DNA of 64,000 nt from Thermoplasmatota archaeon (GCA_028279595.1 JANQNK010000013.1:1-64000); one strand, 5' to 3'; shown: positions 28,085 through 38,031, numbered from the stretch's first letter. Program-made: numbers and translations. Notes: generated by a model not told the origin, from the sequence alone.

Positions 28085-29983
28085 CTACTCCTCGACGTCC
28101 TTTTCCTCGGACTCCTCGTCCTGATCGTCCTCCGAGTCCTCTTCGGACCCATCTTCCTTCGAGGCATCTTCGGTCAGCTCGTCCGGTCCGTCATCGACCT
28201 CGTCCGACTCCTTCGCTGGAATATCATCTGAACCGATGTCATCCTCGTCAGGGACCTTCTCCTTCTTGACGGTCCTCTTCCTTGTGGAAGTGACGACCTT
28301 CTTCGTCGGTGGCGTCAGAGTGAACGCCAGAAGCGCGCCGATGAGACAGAGAACACCCGCCGGAAGGAATGCCATCGCGAATCCCGCCTCCGTGGAGGAG
28401 GCATATCCGCCGAGGATCGGTCCTACTATCCCGCCAACTCCGTACGAGGAGAAGACGAAACCGTAGTTCTTGCCGACGTTCTCGTTGCCGAAGAAGTCCG
28501 CGGTTATCGTGGGGAACAGCGTGAAGTTGCCGCCGAAGTTGAACCCGATGGCCATGGCGATCACCGTGAAGGTCCACGGGTTCGACCCGGCGTACAGGAA
28601 CACTATCATGAGGATGCCCTGGGTCAGGGACATGAGGAAGATGCTCTTCTGTCTCCCGAGTTTGTCGGAGATAGCTCCCCAGGCGATCCGTCCAAGACCG
28701 TTGGTGATTGCGAAGAGAGCCATCGCGGTCGCCGCGATCTTCGCGGCCTCGGCCTTCTCGAAGTCAGCGTCCTGGAGGGCGTCGATGCCGTAGATCGCGA
28801 TGTTTCCGATGACCATGAGGCCCGCGAGCGCGCCGAACGCGAAGAGTGTCCAGATGGTCCAGAACTGCCTTGTCCTCAGCATCTCGCCGGACTCGAACTC
28901 CACGCCTCCGGTGGCTGCCTTGGTCTTCGCCGTCTGTTTCGGAGGCTTCCATCCCCTCGGCCTATAGCCTTCGGGCGGATTGACCATAACGAGGGATGAC
29001 AGCACGACGAGTATCAGGAAGATAGCGCCGTAGAGCTGGAACACCGCGAGGGTCCCGAGGTCCGCGATGAGCGTTCCCAGATAGCCGTTCCCGAGCTGGA
29101 CCCAGAGGAAGGCGCCGAAGCCGAAGCCAGCCACCCCAAGACCTGTGATCAGCCCCTTCTTGTCAGGGAACCACTTGATGCAGACGGCGATCGGGACGAC
29201 GTATCCCAGACCTATACCGGCGCCACCGATCAATCCAATGAGGAAGAACTGCGCCATGAAGGTCTGACCCGCTGCTCCTGCACCGATGTAGCCGACTCCA
29301 AGGAGCAGTCCGCCGAGCATCGCGGTGAACCGGGGACCTATCTTGGGCATGACGATCTTGCCCGCGACTATTGTCATGAAAGCGAAGGCCGCCAGGCCCG
29401 TCGCGAAGACGATCTGGGTCTGGGTCTTGTCGAAACCGAACTCTCCAGTTATACCTTCGTTTACAAGGAAGTGAGCCGATCCGTCCGAAACGTTGTGGAC
29501 CCCACTCGTTATCAGTATCTCGACGTGCCAGTTGCCGTTGGCCGTGAGGTTGACGTCATGTTCGGTCGATCCGCGAGCATAATCGATCGTGTAGGTGTAC
29601 TTCGTCGCACCGTCCTTGGCGTCGTAGATCGTATCCCCCTTGTCAACGACCTCCTCGATCGGAGCCCCGTCCTCGTCAGTGATGTAAGTGATTATGATGA
29701 TGTCGAGGTCCGCATCCACCGATCGACCGTCCACATCGACGATGCTGATGGTCATCTCCTGCGGATCGGCGTCGACGACGGGATCGTCGTAGACACCACC
29801 CAGTTCGACGGTGTATCCCGTCCCGTTGATCATGACGACGTCGTCGGTCTCGAAACCCTCCTGCTCGAGCGGTAAGGTAAGACCAGGCGTGAAAACGGAC
29901 CACGCATAGATCGCACCGAGGGCGAGCTGAATGAGTATCGCACAGACGACCACTATCCACCTGTTCATGGTTGGCTTGGCCAT
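28085..29983 (-). CDS. OFA (oxalate:formate antiporter / L-lactate) family MFS transporter with an inserted extracellular domain
   Basis: LGAIYAWSVF, KWFPDKKGLITGL..AGFG.G, NGLGRIAWGAISDKLGR and FG..NVGKNYG. AAGGAG RBS supports the ATG at 29983. Confidence 0.9.
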   Translation of the reverse strand: MAKPTMNRWIVVVCAILIQLALGAIYAWSVFTPGLTLPLEQEGFETDDVVMINGTGYTVELGGVYDDPVVDADPQEMTISIVDVDGRSVDADLDIIIITYITDEDGAPIEEVVDKGDTIYDAKDGATKYTYTIDYARGSTEHDVNLTANGNWHVEILITSGVHNVSDGSAHFLVNEGITGEFGFDKTQTQIVFATGLAAFAFMTIVAGKIVMPKIGPRFTAMLGGLLLGVGYIGAGAAGQTFMAQFFLIGLIGGAGIGLGYVVPIAVCIKWFPDKKGLITGLGVAGFGFGAFLWVQLGNGYLGTLIADLGTLAVFQLYGAIFLILVVLSSLVMVNPPEGYRPRGWKPPKQTAKTKAATGGVEFESGEMLRTRQFWTIWTLFAFGALAGLMVIGNIAIYGIDALQDADFEKAEAAKIAATAMALFAITNGLGRIAWGAISDKLGRQKSIFLMSLTQGILMIVFLYAGSNPWTFTVIAMAIGFNFGGNFTLFPTITADFFGNENVGKNYGFVFSSYGVGGIVGPILGGYASSTEAGFAMAFLPAGVLCLIGALLAFTLTPPTKKVVTSTRKRTVKKEKVPDEDDIGSDDIPAKESDEVDDGPDELTEDASKEDGSEEDSEDDQDEESEEKDVEE

Positions 29984-30175
29984 GGCATCCATCTCCTTCG
30001 GACCGTCCCCCCTGAGGGGACGTTCGCCTATCAGGGTGTTATATATAAGGTGTTCGCCCGAAGGTGCGATTGAAATGACTGTTTTCACAACGAAATCGCC
30101 CGGAATTTGTTGAATTGTAACACACAGGGCGCGTACTCTATCCTATTCATGTAATACTGTATCGGCTGGAAAGAT

Positions 30176-30403
30176 TCAGAGTATCACGATCTTGTCGTAG
30201 GCGACCCTGTTCGATTCGAACGCTCTCTCAACCATCTTCCTGTCAGCGACGAAGAAACGGAGGGCGGTCCCGCAGTCGGAACTGAGATGCCTTGGTGTCG
30301 GGATCAGTTTACAATCACATCCAGCCTTCTTCGCGACCTTCTCCGCCCTCAGCGCGAGGCTGGTGGAATAGAACAGGGCGACGCACTGCCTGTCGGGGAT
30401 CAG
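30176..30403 (-). CDS. DUF3343 / putative Se-S carrier small protein (75 aa, CTG start), absent from the ORF track
   Basis: (M)IPDRQCVALFYSTSLALRAEKVAKKAGCDCKLIPTPRHLSSDCGTALRF... matches the F.ST..AL.AEK...LIP.PR.LSS.CG.ALR signature. CTGA overlaps the upstream stop codon. Confidence 0.85.
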   Translation of the reverse strand: MIPDRQCVALFYSTSLALRAEKVAKKAGCDCKLIPTPRHLSSDCGTALRFFVADRKMVERAFESNRVAYDKIVIL

Positions 30404-31542
30404 ACCATCCCCCTAAGGGCGTCGATGACCGTATCGATCTCGTCATCGGTGTTGAAGTATCCCATGGCGAGCCTGACCGTTCCCTCCGGGAACGTTCCCA
30501 GGCTTCTGTGTGCTGACGGTGAACAATGGAGACCTACCCGGCACATGATCCCGTGGTCCTCGTCGAGCGCCAGGCCGACCGACGAAGGCGATCTGTCCTC
30601 TATGTTGATGGACAGTGTCGAGGTCTGTCTAGCCGCCTCCATCGCTCCGTAGATGACGATGTCGTCGGCGCCCCCGAGTCCGTTGATAAGACGTCTAGTT
30701 AGTTCGATGTCCTTTTCGCGGATACTCTCGACGGTCTCGTTGAGGACGAAGTCCACTCCGGCGGCAAGCCCGGCAAGTCCGACCGTGTTCATCGTGCCAG
30801 ACTCGTACTTGTCGGGGAGGAAGTCCGGCTGGACCTCATGCTCAGATCGGCTCCCGGTGCCGCCCGATCTTACGGGTCGGAGGTCGGAGATGTCCACACG
30901 CTCGCTGATCACGAGCCCTCCGGTCCCCTGCGGGCCGTACAGTCCCTTGTGGCCCGTGAATGCGAGGAGGTCGATCCCGTCGCTCTCGATATCGATGGGA
31001 TAGCATCCTCCGGTCTGGGCCGCGTCCACGAGGAACAGGGCGCCTCCGTTGTGGGCTATCCTGCCGATCTGGTCGGTCGGGATGAGGCTCCCTACGACGT
31101 TCGAGGCCTGGTTCATGACGACGAGTCTCGTGTTTGGCTTCATGGCGTGTGAGACGTCGATCGGGTCCACGAATCCCTCGCGGTCCGCCGGAACGATGCT
31201 CAATTCCACACCCTCTCTCTGAAGGTCCCTCAACGGCCTCATGACGGAGTTGTGCTCCATCGCGCCTGTGATGACATGGTCCCCCTTCCGGACGGTCCCG
31301 CGGATCGCGAGGTTGAGGGCATCCGTCGCATTGAGGCCGAACACTACCCTCATGGGGTCCTTCGCTCCGAAAAGGGTGGCGACCTTCTCCCTCGCCTCGA
31401 GGACGACCCTTCCGGCCTCGACGGATAGCCTGTGGCCCGATCTACCCGGATTTGCACCAATGTTGTCCATGAAGTCCGTCATGGCTCTGGCAACGGTCCC
31501 GGGCTTGGGCCATGATGTGGCCGCATTGTCGAGGTATATCAT
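30400..31542 (-). CDS. Cysteine desulfurase / selenocysteine lyase family (class V aminotransferase, TIGR01977-like)
   Basis: IYLDNAATSWPKP, NPGRSGH, EHNSVMRP, DAAQT, FTGHKGLYGPQGTGG and RVGLHCSP. Confidence 0.92.
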   Translation of the reverse strand: MIYLDNAATSWPKPGTVARAMTDFMDNIGANPGRSGHRLSVEAGRVVLEAREKVATLFGAKDPMRVVFGLNATDALNLAIRGTVRKGDHVITGAMEHNSVMRPLRDLQREGVELSIVPADREGFVDPIDVSHAMKPNTRLVVMNQASNVVGSLIPTDQIGRIAHNGGALFLVDAAQTGGCYPIDIESDGIDLLAFTGHKGLYGPQGTGGLVISERVDISDLRPVRSGGTGSRSEHEVQPDFLPDKYESGTMNTVGLAGLAAGVDFVLNETVESIREKDIELTRRLINGLGGADDIVIYGAMEAARQTSTLSINIEDRSPSSVGLALDEDHGIMCRVGLHCSPSAHRSLGTFPEGTVRLAMGYFNTDDEIDTVIDALRGMV

Positions 31543-31572
31543 ATCCAGCCCTCGGTAGGGTCAGGACGTTAA

Positions 31573-31791
31573 TTACTCTTTCGTGAGAGTTATCACGAAA
31601 TCGCAACGGTCCTCAGAGGTCTCCTCCGCGTCCCAGCCCTTCTGCTTCGCCAGCCGGAGTATGTTTGCCCTCGACGTTCCGCAGTCGCTAAGGACCACGA
31701 ACTCGCCCTTCTTGAGCTTCTTCATCTCCTTCTCGACCTTGTAAAGGGGCTGAGGGCAGGAGAGCCCTCTGACATCTAATTCGTCGACCAT
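31573..31791 (-). CDS. TusA/SirA (YedF-like) sulfur/selenium carrier
   Basis: LDVRGLSCPQP motif. GAGGTGAT RBS before ATG 31791. Confidence 0.9.
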   Translation of the reverse strand: MVDELDVRGLSCPQPLYKVEKEMKKLKKGEFVVLSDCGTSRANILRLAKQKGWDAEETSEDRCDFVITLTKE

Positions 31792-31801
31792 ATCGATCAC
31801 C

Positions 31802-33064
31802 TCAGTACTTCTCCCTCATGGTCAGTCCGATGATCACACACACTATCAGGCCCAGTCCCACGACGTTCGGACCCCACACGTTGACCCCGCCCAGGAAGGC
31901 CGGAGCGCTGACCGTTTGGAAGTTGTGGGCGAAAGCACCTGCAGCGATCATCCCGATGACGAAGGTCGCAGCGTCGCTGTCGCCTTCTCCGGAAAGGATC
32001 ACCTGGCGTCCGGGGCATCCGCCGGCGAGGACGAACGCGAGCCCTGCTAGGAGCATCCCAGAGAAGTTCCACAGCCCTTCACTGTGCGCAAGCGGTTGGT
32101 CCTCCCATCCCGGGTTCCACTGATCATATACGAAGTAGTTCGTGAGGAAGGCCGATACGACCAGTGCAATGACCCCGATCAAGAGGTAGTAGTCCCGGAT
32201 CAGTATCGTGTCCCTCATCCCGCCGATCGTGCAGAACCTCGTCCTCTGGGCGAAGAAACCGACCATCAGACCGGCAGCGAGCGAGACGCCGAGGGCGGCG
32301 TGCGCGGCTCCCGGCCCTGCAGCAGATTCCCTGATGACCCTCGCATCCCCTGCCGTTGGATAGTACACCATCATGATCAGGAAACTGAGCATGACCAGCG
32401 GAAGCATCAGCCCGACGTGTGGATACTGTTTCTGAGATCGGCCCATGTTGAAGCCCATCCTGATGAAGATGGCTCCGACCAACACGCCGGAGAACAGGCC
32501 GAGTATTCCGAGGATGGCGTTCCAGTCCCCTCCCGCAAGGCGGAGGAACGCGCGCCACGGGCAGCCAAGGAAGACAAGGGCGCCCATCATGGCGAAGAAC
32601 CCTAGAACGAACCGGATCATCGGTGCTGACCCTCCTCGGGAGCGCCACTCTCCGAAGATCATTGACGCCACCAGGGATCCCAGAATGATACCGATTATTT
32701 CAGGTCTCATGTATTGCACTGGAGCGGCGTTGTGAAGTCCAAGGGCACCTGCGATGTCCCGCTCGAAACAGGCGATGCAGAAGCCCATGTTACCGGGATT
32801 CCCCTCCTTCTGGAGGAACGTCGCGATCACGCCGATGAAGGCACCGGTGAAGATTATCCCGAGGTACGAGCTGAAGAACCAGTTCAGCCGTCCCTTCACC
32901 TCCACGAGTGGATTCGCCTTTGGTGGGGGAGCCTTCCTGGATACCTTCTTCCTGGGTGCACTCGAGGGCTTTCCCTTCGGAACCTTCTCCACAGGCTCCT
33001 CGTCGTCAATAATCGATTCCTCTTCATTATCGATTATTTCCTTATCTTTATCATCTATTACCAT
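31802..33064 (-). CDS. yedE: YedE/YeeE family putative selenium-metabolism transporter
   Basis: GNPGNMGFCIACFERDIAGALGLH, QYMRPEIIG, FLGCPWR, AQRTRFC and GGCPGRQ motifs, preceded by a charged N-terminal extension. Confidence 0.88.
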   Translation of the reverse strand: MVIDDKDKEIIDNEEESIIDDEEPVEKVPKGKPSSAPRKKVSRKAPPPKANPLVEVKGRLNWFFSSYLGIIFTGAFIGVIATFLQKEGNPGNMGFCIACFERDIAGALGLHNAAPVQYMRPEIIGIILGSLVASMIFGEWRSRGGSAPMIRFVLGFFAMMGALVFLGCPWRAFLRLAGGDWNAILGILGLFSGVLVGAIFIRMGFNMGRSQKQYPHVGLMLPLVMLSFLIMMVYYPTAGDARVIRESAAGPGAAHAALGVSLAAGLMVGFFAQRTRFCTIGGMRDTILIRDYYLLIGVIALVVSAFLTNYFVYDQWNPGWEDQPLAHSEGLWNFSGMLLAGLAFVLAGGCPGRQVILSGEGDSDAATFVIGMIAAGAFAHNFQTVSAPAFLGGVNVWGPNVVGLGLIVCVIIGLTMREKY

Positions 33065-33273
33065 TTTAGCACCATTCGTTAGCAGATGATTCCGTAAAGG
33101 GCGTTTCGCTTATAATTCTTTCGCGAAAAACCGGTTTCAAGGCCGATCGAGCCACGGACCCGATTGTTATCGTTACGTTAGTCGCAGAATCTTTATATCT
33201 CCAGAAGTCTTGTTTGCGTGCGGGAGGACCCGTATCCGTACGGAGATCCCGAGAGCGGAACGGAGTGATCGAG

Positions 33274-34590
33274 TTGGATCCGAAGATCCCGGCAGCGGCC
33301 ATCGTCGTCATCATGCTCATGGGTGCCCTGTACTTCGTCGGAGACGAGGATGACAGCAAGACCAAGAGAACGACCATCCCTGACGAGTATCCTGAATATC
33401 CATTCCAGGACATCCGCGAGTTCACCATCCAGGACCCTTCAGGGAATGTGACGCTAGGCGAGCTCCCGTGGGCAGTCTTCAACAGGAGCCACGGCGGGAA
33501 CTGCTGCGAGCACTATCTCGCCACCACCGAGTACGGGTGGATCACGAACCTCGGAGGCGAGTATCCGACCTGGAGCGAGGACGGCGGGATCACATGGCAG
33601 GATTACAGACCGATCACCGAACCGTTCGACGGTCTCGGCGAGGGTGCTATCATCCAGGCCCCCAACGGGGACATCCTCTCGATGAGCTGGTTCCCTTACT
33701 CAGGAGACCGTTTCATTTCCTTCTTCTACGACTACGCCCAGGAGGAGTGGTCCTATCTCGAGAACCACTGGGGATACGCACCATTCTACGACAGGCCATG
33801 GATAGTGGCGGTCCAGGGACCGATCAGCTTCCTCGGTGGGACCTATCCCTGGGCGAGCGTCGTGGTCTCGAACTTCTGGCAGGACGCCGTCATCAGCATC
33901 GACGGATTGACCTATGTCCAGCTGGCAGAACCCGACTCCGCAACCGGTGTCGTCGAGTTCGACCTTGACTACGAACCAGGACCGGAATACGATTATCAGG
34001 CTCCCCATCGGGAGATCCGTGGACATCCACTGCCCGACGGCGGTCTCCTGCTGCCGAGATACTTCGGCGACGACAACGCCCTGCTCCAGACCGACCTGAC
34101 CTGGACAAGGCACAGGCCCGTCGAGGGTGATCCGATACCGGCCGAGCATCTGGTCATCGACAGCACGGGGACCCTTCACTCGTGCGAGGTGGTCAGCGGC
34201 ATCATGACCTGGCACATGAGCATCGACGGGGGCCGGACATGGTCAGAGCAGGACATCGCACTGCCCGAGGGCGGCAGCCTCGAGGAGTGGGAGTTCCAGG
34301 CGGACGGCGCCAACGACGTCGCCTTCGCTTATATGAGGGCCGAGGTCAACGGGACCGACGTGGACTACCTTTGGCACATAATCGATTACTCCGAGAACCA
34401 GGAGCCCGATTGGATGACCCTGATAGGCCAGGGCGACCTCGATGCCACCTCCGGTGCCGGGAACGACGTCCGGTTCGATTTCGCGAGCCTGGCGATACTC
34501 CCCGACGGGAGCGCGGTCGTCTCCTACATGGACACGACCGACAGGAACCCGCTCTTCGGCCTCGAGATCGCGAGACCCGAGATCGTCTGA
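33274..34590 (+). CDS. Membrane-anchored Asp-box (BNR) beta-propeller-like extracellular protein
   Basis: N-terminal TM, SEDGGITW and SIDGGRTW Asp-boxes, GGNCCEHYL. TTG start after GGAGTGAT. Confidence 0.75.
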   Translation: MDPKIPAAAIVVIMLMGALYFVGDEDDSKTKRTTIPDEYPEYPFQDIREFTIQDPSGNVTLGELPWAVFNRSHGGNCCEHYLATTEYGWITNLGGEYPTWSEDGGITWQDYRPITEPFDGLGEGAIIQAPNGDILSMSWFPYSGDRFISFFYDYAQEEWSYLENHWGYAPFYDRPWIVAVQGPISFLGGTYPWASVVVSNFWQDAVISIDGLTYVQLAEPDSATGVVEFDLDYEPGPEYDYQAPHREIRGHPLPDGGLLLPRYFGDDNALLQTDLTWTRHRPVEGDPIPAEHLVIDSTGTLHSCEVVSGIMTWHMSIDGGRTWSEQDIALPEGGSLEEWEFQADGANDVAFAYMRAEVNGTDVDYLWHIIDYSENQEPDWMTLIGQGDLDATSGAGNDVRFDFASLAILPDGSAVVSYMDTTDRNPLFGLEIARPEIV

Positions 34591-34710
34591 TAATGGAAAG
34601 GAATTCCTTCGGAACCAGGGTTTGGAAAAACTTTATATCGACCAAATAACACTGGTCGTACGGGACGATACGGACCACGCACCGCATCGATGGACCGCGG
34701 AGTGAAGAAG

Positions 34711-36093
34711 ATGCGATATCGGAAATGGACCATAACTGTCGTTATACTGGTACTGTTCATGTCGAACACCCTCTGTTTCGAGTCGGATGATGACGGAGAT
34801 GGCGGAGTTGCCGATACCAACGGCGGGGATACCATCGATCCGAATAACAACGGAACGACGGGACCTCCCGATCCCAACGGGACCATCCCGGACCAGAACC
34901 AGACCTTCCCGAATCATGATGTCAGATGGTACTCGGTACTTGATCCAGTCACAAGCGAGGAGATGTATCGGTCGGCATGGGCCATCTACAACGTCTCCCA
35001 CGGCGGAAACATGAACGAGCATTACCTCGCAACGACGAGGGAGGGGTGGATAACGAACCTCGGCGGCGAGATACCGTTCTGGACTACGGACAACGGTCTC
35101 ACCTGGGACAGTTACCAGCCTCCCACGGTGATGTCCCAGAGCGGTGAGGGCTCGATCACATACACTCCGGACGGGGACATCGTCTCCATGACATGGGACC
35201 CCTGGACCGGAGACCGGTTCATTGCATATCACTACGACTCCGCCTCCGGAGACTGGACATCTTTCGACAACAGGATGCACATGGCGTTCTACGACCGCCC
35301 GTGGCAGGTGACGGTTCCGGGACCGATTGACATCCCAGGTGGACCATTCCCGTGGGCGACGATAGTCATGTCCAACTACTGGGATGACATGGTGATCAGC
35401 GTGGACGGTCTCGTCTACAGTCAGCTCAACGAGCCATCTGCTGCCAGCAATGTCGAGTGGGACCTGGACTTCACCGACGTGGGCCGCGAGTTCGACTTCA
35501 TGACCCCCCACAGGAAGATGCTCGCAACTCCCCTTCCGGGTGGTGGAATGCTGATACCCCGTGCATTCGGCGACAGCGACGCCATCCTCACGAACGACCT
35601 CACCTGGGAGGCTCGTGCTCCGATCGAGGGCCAGCCAATCCCTGCAGAACACCTGGTCATCGATTCGTCGGGTGCGCTGCACAGCGTGGACGTCCAGGGT
35701 AGTGTGTTGATCTACTACCTGAGCCTGGATGGAGGCAGGACCTGGAATTCGGAACAGTTCTCGTGGGAGGACAAACAGATAGAGGATTGGGATTTCCAGG
35801 CCGACGGCCATCACGGTCTCGCTGTGATAAACATCATTGCGGGCGCGGGCGGTGAGCCGAACGAACACCTGATCTACCACATTCGGGACTACCGCGATAG
35901 CCAGAAGGCGGATTCCCTGACCTATGTCGGCCTGGGAGATGTCGATACGATCGCGGCGGTATCAGGCGGTGACGACAGGTTCGATTTCGCCAGCCTGGCG
36001 ATCCAGCCGGATGGTTCCGTTGTACTTGCATTCTGCGACAGCACGCACATCGATCCTATGATCGCAATAGAACTGCAGGCACCTTACGATTGA
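34711..36093 (+). CDS. Tandem paralog of 33274..34590 (Asp-box protein, possible lipoprotein)
   Basis: TTDNGLTW and SLDGGRTW Asp-boxes, plus shared FYDRPW, EHLVIDS.G.LH and RFDFASLAI.PDGS. Confidence 0.75.
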   Translation: MRYRKWTITVVILVLFMSNTLCFESDDDGDGGVADTNGGDTIDPNNNGTTGPPDPNGTIPDQNQTFPNHDVRWYSVLDPVTSEEMYRSAWAIYNVSHGGNMNEHYLATTREGWITNLGGEIPFWTTDNGLTWDSYQPPTVMSQSGEGSITYTPDGDIVSMTWDPWTGDRFIAYHYDSASGDWTSFDNRMHMAFYDRPWQVTVPGPIDIPGGPFPWATIVMSNYWDDMVISVDGLVYSQLNEPSAASNVEWDLDFTDVGREFDFMTPHRKMLATPLPGGGMLIPRAFGDSDAILTNDLTWEARAPIEGQPIPAEHLVIDSSGALHSVDVQGSVLIYYLSLDGGRTWNSEQFSWEDKQIEDWDFQADGHHGLAVINIIAGAGGEPNEHLIYHIRDYRDSQKADSLTYVGLGDVDTIAAVSGGDDRFDFASLAIQPDGSVVLAFCDSTHIDPMIAIELQAPYD

Positions 36094-36197
36094 ATATGGA
36101 AGTATCGAGGGTCCACTATCCCCCTTGTTCCTTCATTAGCCTCGGTTGCAGTCAATCTTATAACAATCGGTGGGATTCCAGGTGTGAGGGAAATGGA

Positions 36198-36677
36198 ATG
36201 ACCGAATACCACACCAGACATCCCGAGAAGACCATCGAGGACGAGGCCGAGATCCTCGAGGTCATCGATTCGCAGCGATTGCTCACCATGGCGATGTCCT
36301 CCGACGATGAGCCGTACCTTGTCACGGTCAACTACGCATTCGATCCAGATACCCGAGAGTTCTACTTCCACTGTGCCACATCGGGCAAGAAGATAGATAT
36401 CATCAGGGCGAACCCCTCCGTCTGGTGCCAGATCACCGAGGACAGGGGATATGTCCAGACCGAGTGCGAGCACCACTTCCGGACGGTCCATTTCCCTGGA
36501 GAGGCGACGGTCATCGAGGACATCGACGAGATCAGACGAACGATATCGATGCTCATCCATCAGCAGGAGGACGAACCCGATCCCGTCAGGGAGCGCCTCC
36601 TGGCCAAGGTCAAGCCTGGAAAGCTCTACATGGTCAGGATAAAGGCCGGCGAGTTCTCCGGAAAGAAGAACGGCTAG
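36198..36677 (+). CDS. Pyridoxamine 5'-phosphate oxidase-like (NimA-like) FMN-binding protein
   Basis: PYLVTVNY, FYFHCATSGKKIDIIRANPSV and a C-terminal SGK. Confidence 0.85.
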   Translation: MTEYHTRHPEKTIEDEAEILEVIDSQRLLTMAMSSDDEPYLVTVNYAFDPDTREFYFHCATSGKKIDIIRANPSVWCQITEDRGYVQTECEHHFRTVHFPGEATVIEDIDEIRRTISMLIHQQEDEPDPVRERLLAKVKPGKLYMVRIKAGEFSGKKNG

Positions 36678-37903
36678 GCCTCGTGTTCGGCGCTCAACTT
36701 CGCGATCTCGATTATCACATCGACCGCCTTCTCCATCGAACTTACCGGAATGAACTCCTTCACGCCGTGGAAGTTGATGCCTCCGGAGAATATATTCGGT
36801 GTCGGGAGTCCCATGTAGCACAGCCTCGAGCCGTCGGTCCCTCCCCTGATGTTGTGGACGTTCGGCTCGATCCCGACGTTCGTGCAGGCCTGCTTCGCGA
36901 TCTCCATCACATGGGGATGCTGATCGAGAACGGATTTCATGTTCTTGTACGAATCCTTGATCTCGAGCTTGACCGAGACCTTCGGATAGGTCTCCTGGAC
37001 CTTGGACCGGATGGCCTTCAGCACGAGTGCTTTCTCGGCCATTCCCTCGTCGGTGAAGTCGCGGATCAGTACCTTGAGGTTGCTGACGTCCACCGACCCG
37101 TCGAAATGGTGCGGGTGGAGGTATCCGTCATAGCCGTCCGTGGTCTCGGGAGCGACGTCCTCGGGAAGGAGCGTGACGAGGTACCCCATTGCCCGCATCG
37201 AGTTGACCATCTTGTCCCGGGCGTAACCGGGATGGACGTTGTATCCTGTAAGTGTAAATATCCCGGTCGCGGCGTTGAAGTTCTCCTCCTCGACCTGGCC
37301 GATCTCCCCGCCGTCGATGGTGTAGGCGAAATCGGCACCGAACTTCTCGACATCGAAGAAAGCGGTCCCTTTCGCGACCTCCTCGTCCGGAGTGAATCCG
37401 ATCCTTATCTTGCCGTGCGGAGTGCCGTCCTCGATCATCCTCTCGACAGCGGTCATTATCTCGGCGACCCCGGACTTGTCGTCCGCACCAAGTAGTGACG
37501 AACCGTTCGACGTGATGATGTCGTGACCGATGTAGTTCTTCAGTTCCGGGTTCTCCTCCGGTGAGATGACCACGTCGCCCTCCGGAAGCTCGATGTTCCC
37601 GCCGTCGTAGTTCTCATGGATGATCGGCGTCGCCTTCCCCTCAGCCTCCGGCGATGTGTCCATATGTGCGATCAATCCCAGCACGGGAGCGTTCTCCATC
37701 CCCACCGTGGCCGGCACCGTGGCCATCACGTAGGCGTGCTCATCGACCTCCGCATCGTCCAGTCCCATCGCCTTGAGTTCGTCGGCCAGCAGCCTGGCCA
37801 GGTCGAACTGCTTCTCCGTCGACGGGACCTGCTCGACATCCTCCTTCGACTGGGTATCTATCTGAACGTATCTCAGGAACTTTTCCGTGACAGATTCTGC
37901 CAT
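36674..37903 (-). CDS. pepT: Peptidase T (tripeptide aminopeptidase, M20B)
   Basis: FLRYVQIDTQS, AHMDTSP, LGADDKSG, FTPDEE, IRGGTDG and NFHG. Confidence 0.95.
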   Translation of the reverse strand: MAESVTEKFLRYVQIDTQSKEDVEQVPSTEKQFDLARLLADELKAMGLDDAEVDEHAYVMATVPATVGMENAPVLGLIAHMDTSPEAEGKATPIIHENYDGGNIELPEGDVVISPEENPELKNYIGHDIITSNGSSLLGADDKSGVAEIMTAVERMIEDGTPHGKIRIGFTPDEEVAKGTAFFDVEKFGADFAYTIDGGEIGQVEEENFNAATGIFTLTGYNVHPGYARDKMVNSMRAMGYLVTLLPEDVAPETTDGYDGYLHPHHFDGSVDVSNLKVLIRDFTDEGMAEKALVLKAIRSKVQETYPKVSVKLEIKDSYKNMKSVLDQHPHVMEIAKQACTNVGIEPNVHNIRGGTDGSRLCYMGLPTPNIFSGGINFHGVKEFIPVSSMEKAVDVIIEIAKLSAEHEA

Positions 37904-38031
37904 ATCATATCCCCCTTCACCCTGGAATCGAGGTCAAGGATTAATAGGTTGTCCCGTGAATCCGATCCCTGGCGTTGATAAGGATTATATCTCGATAACG
38001 GATATCCTTGACCATGAGGGACCGATCCAAC

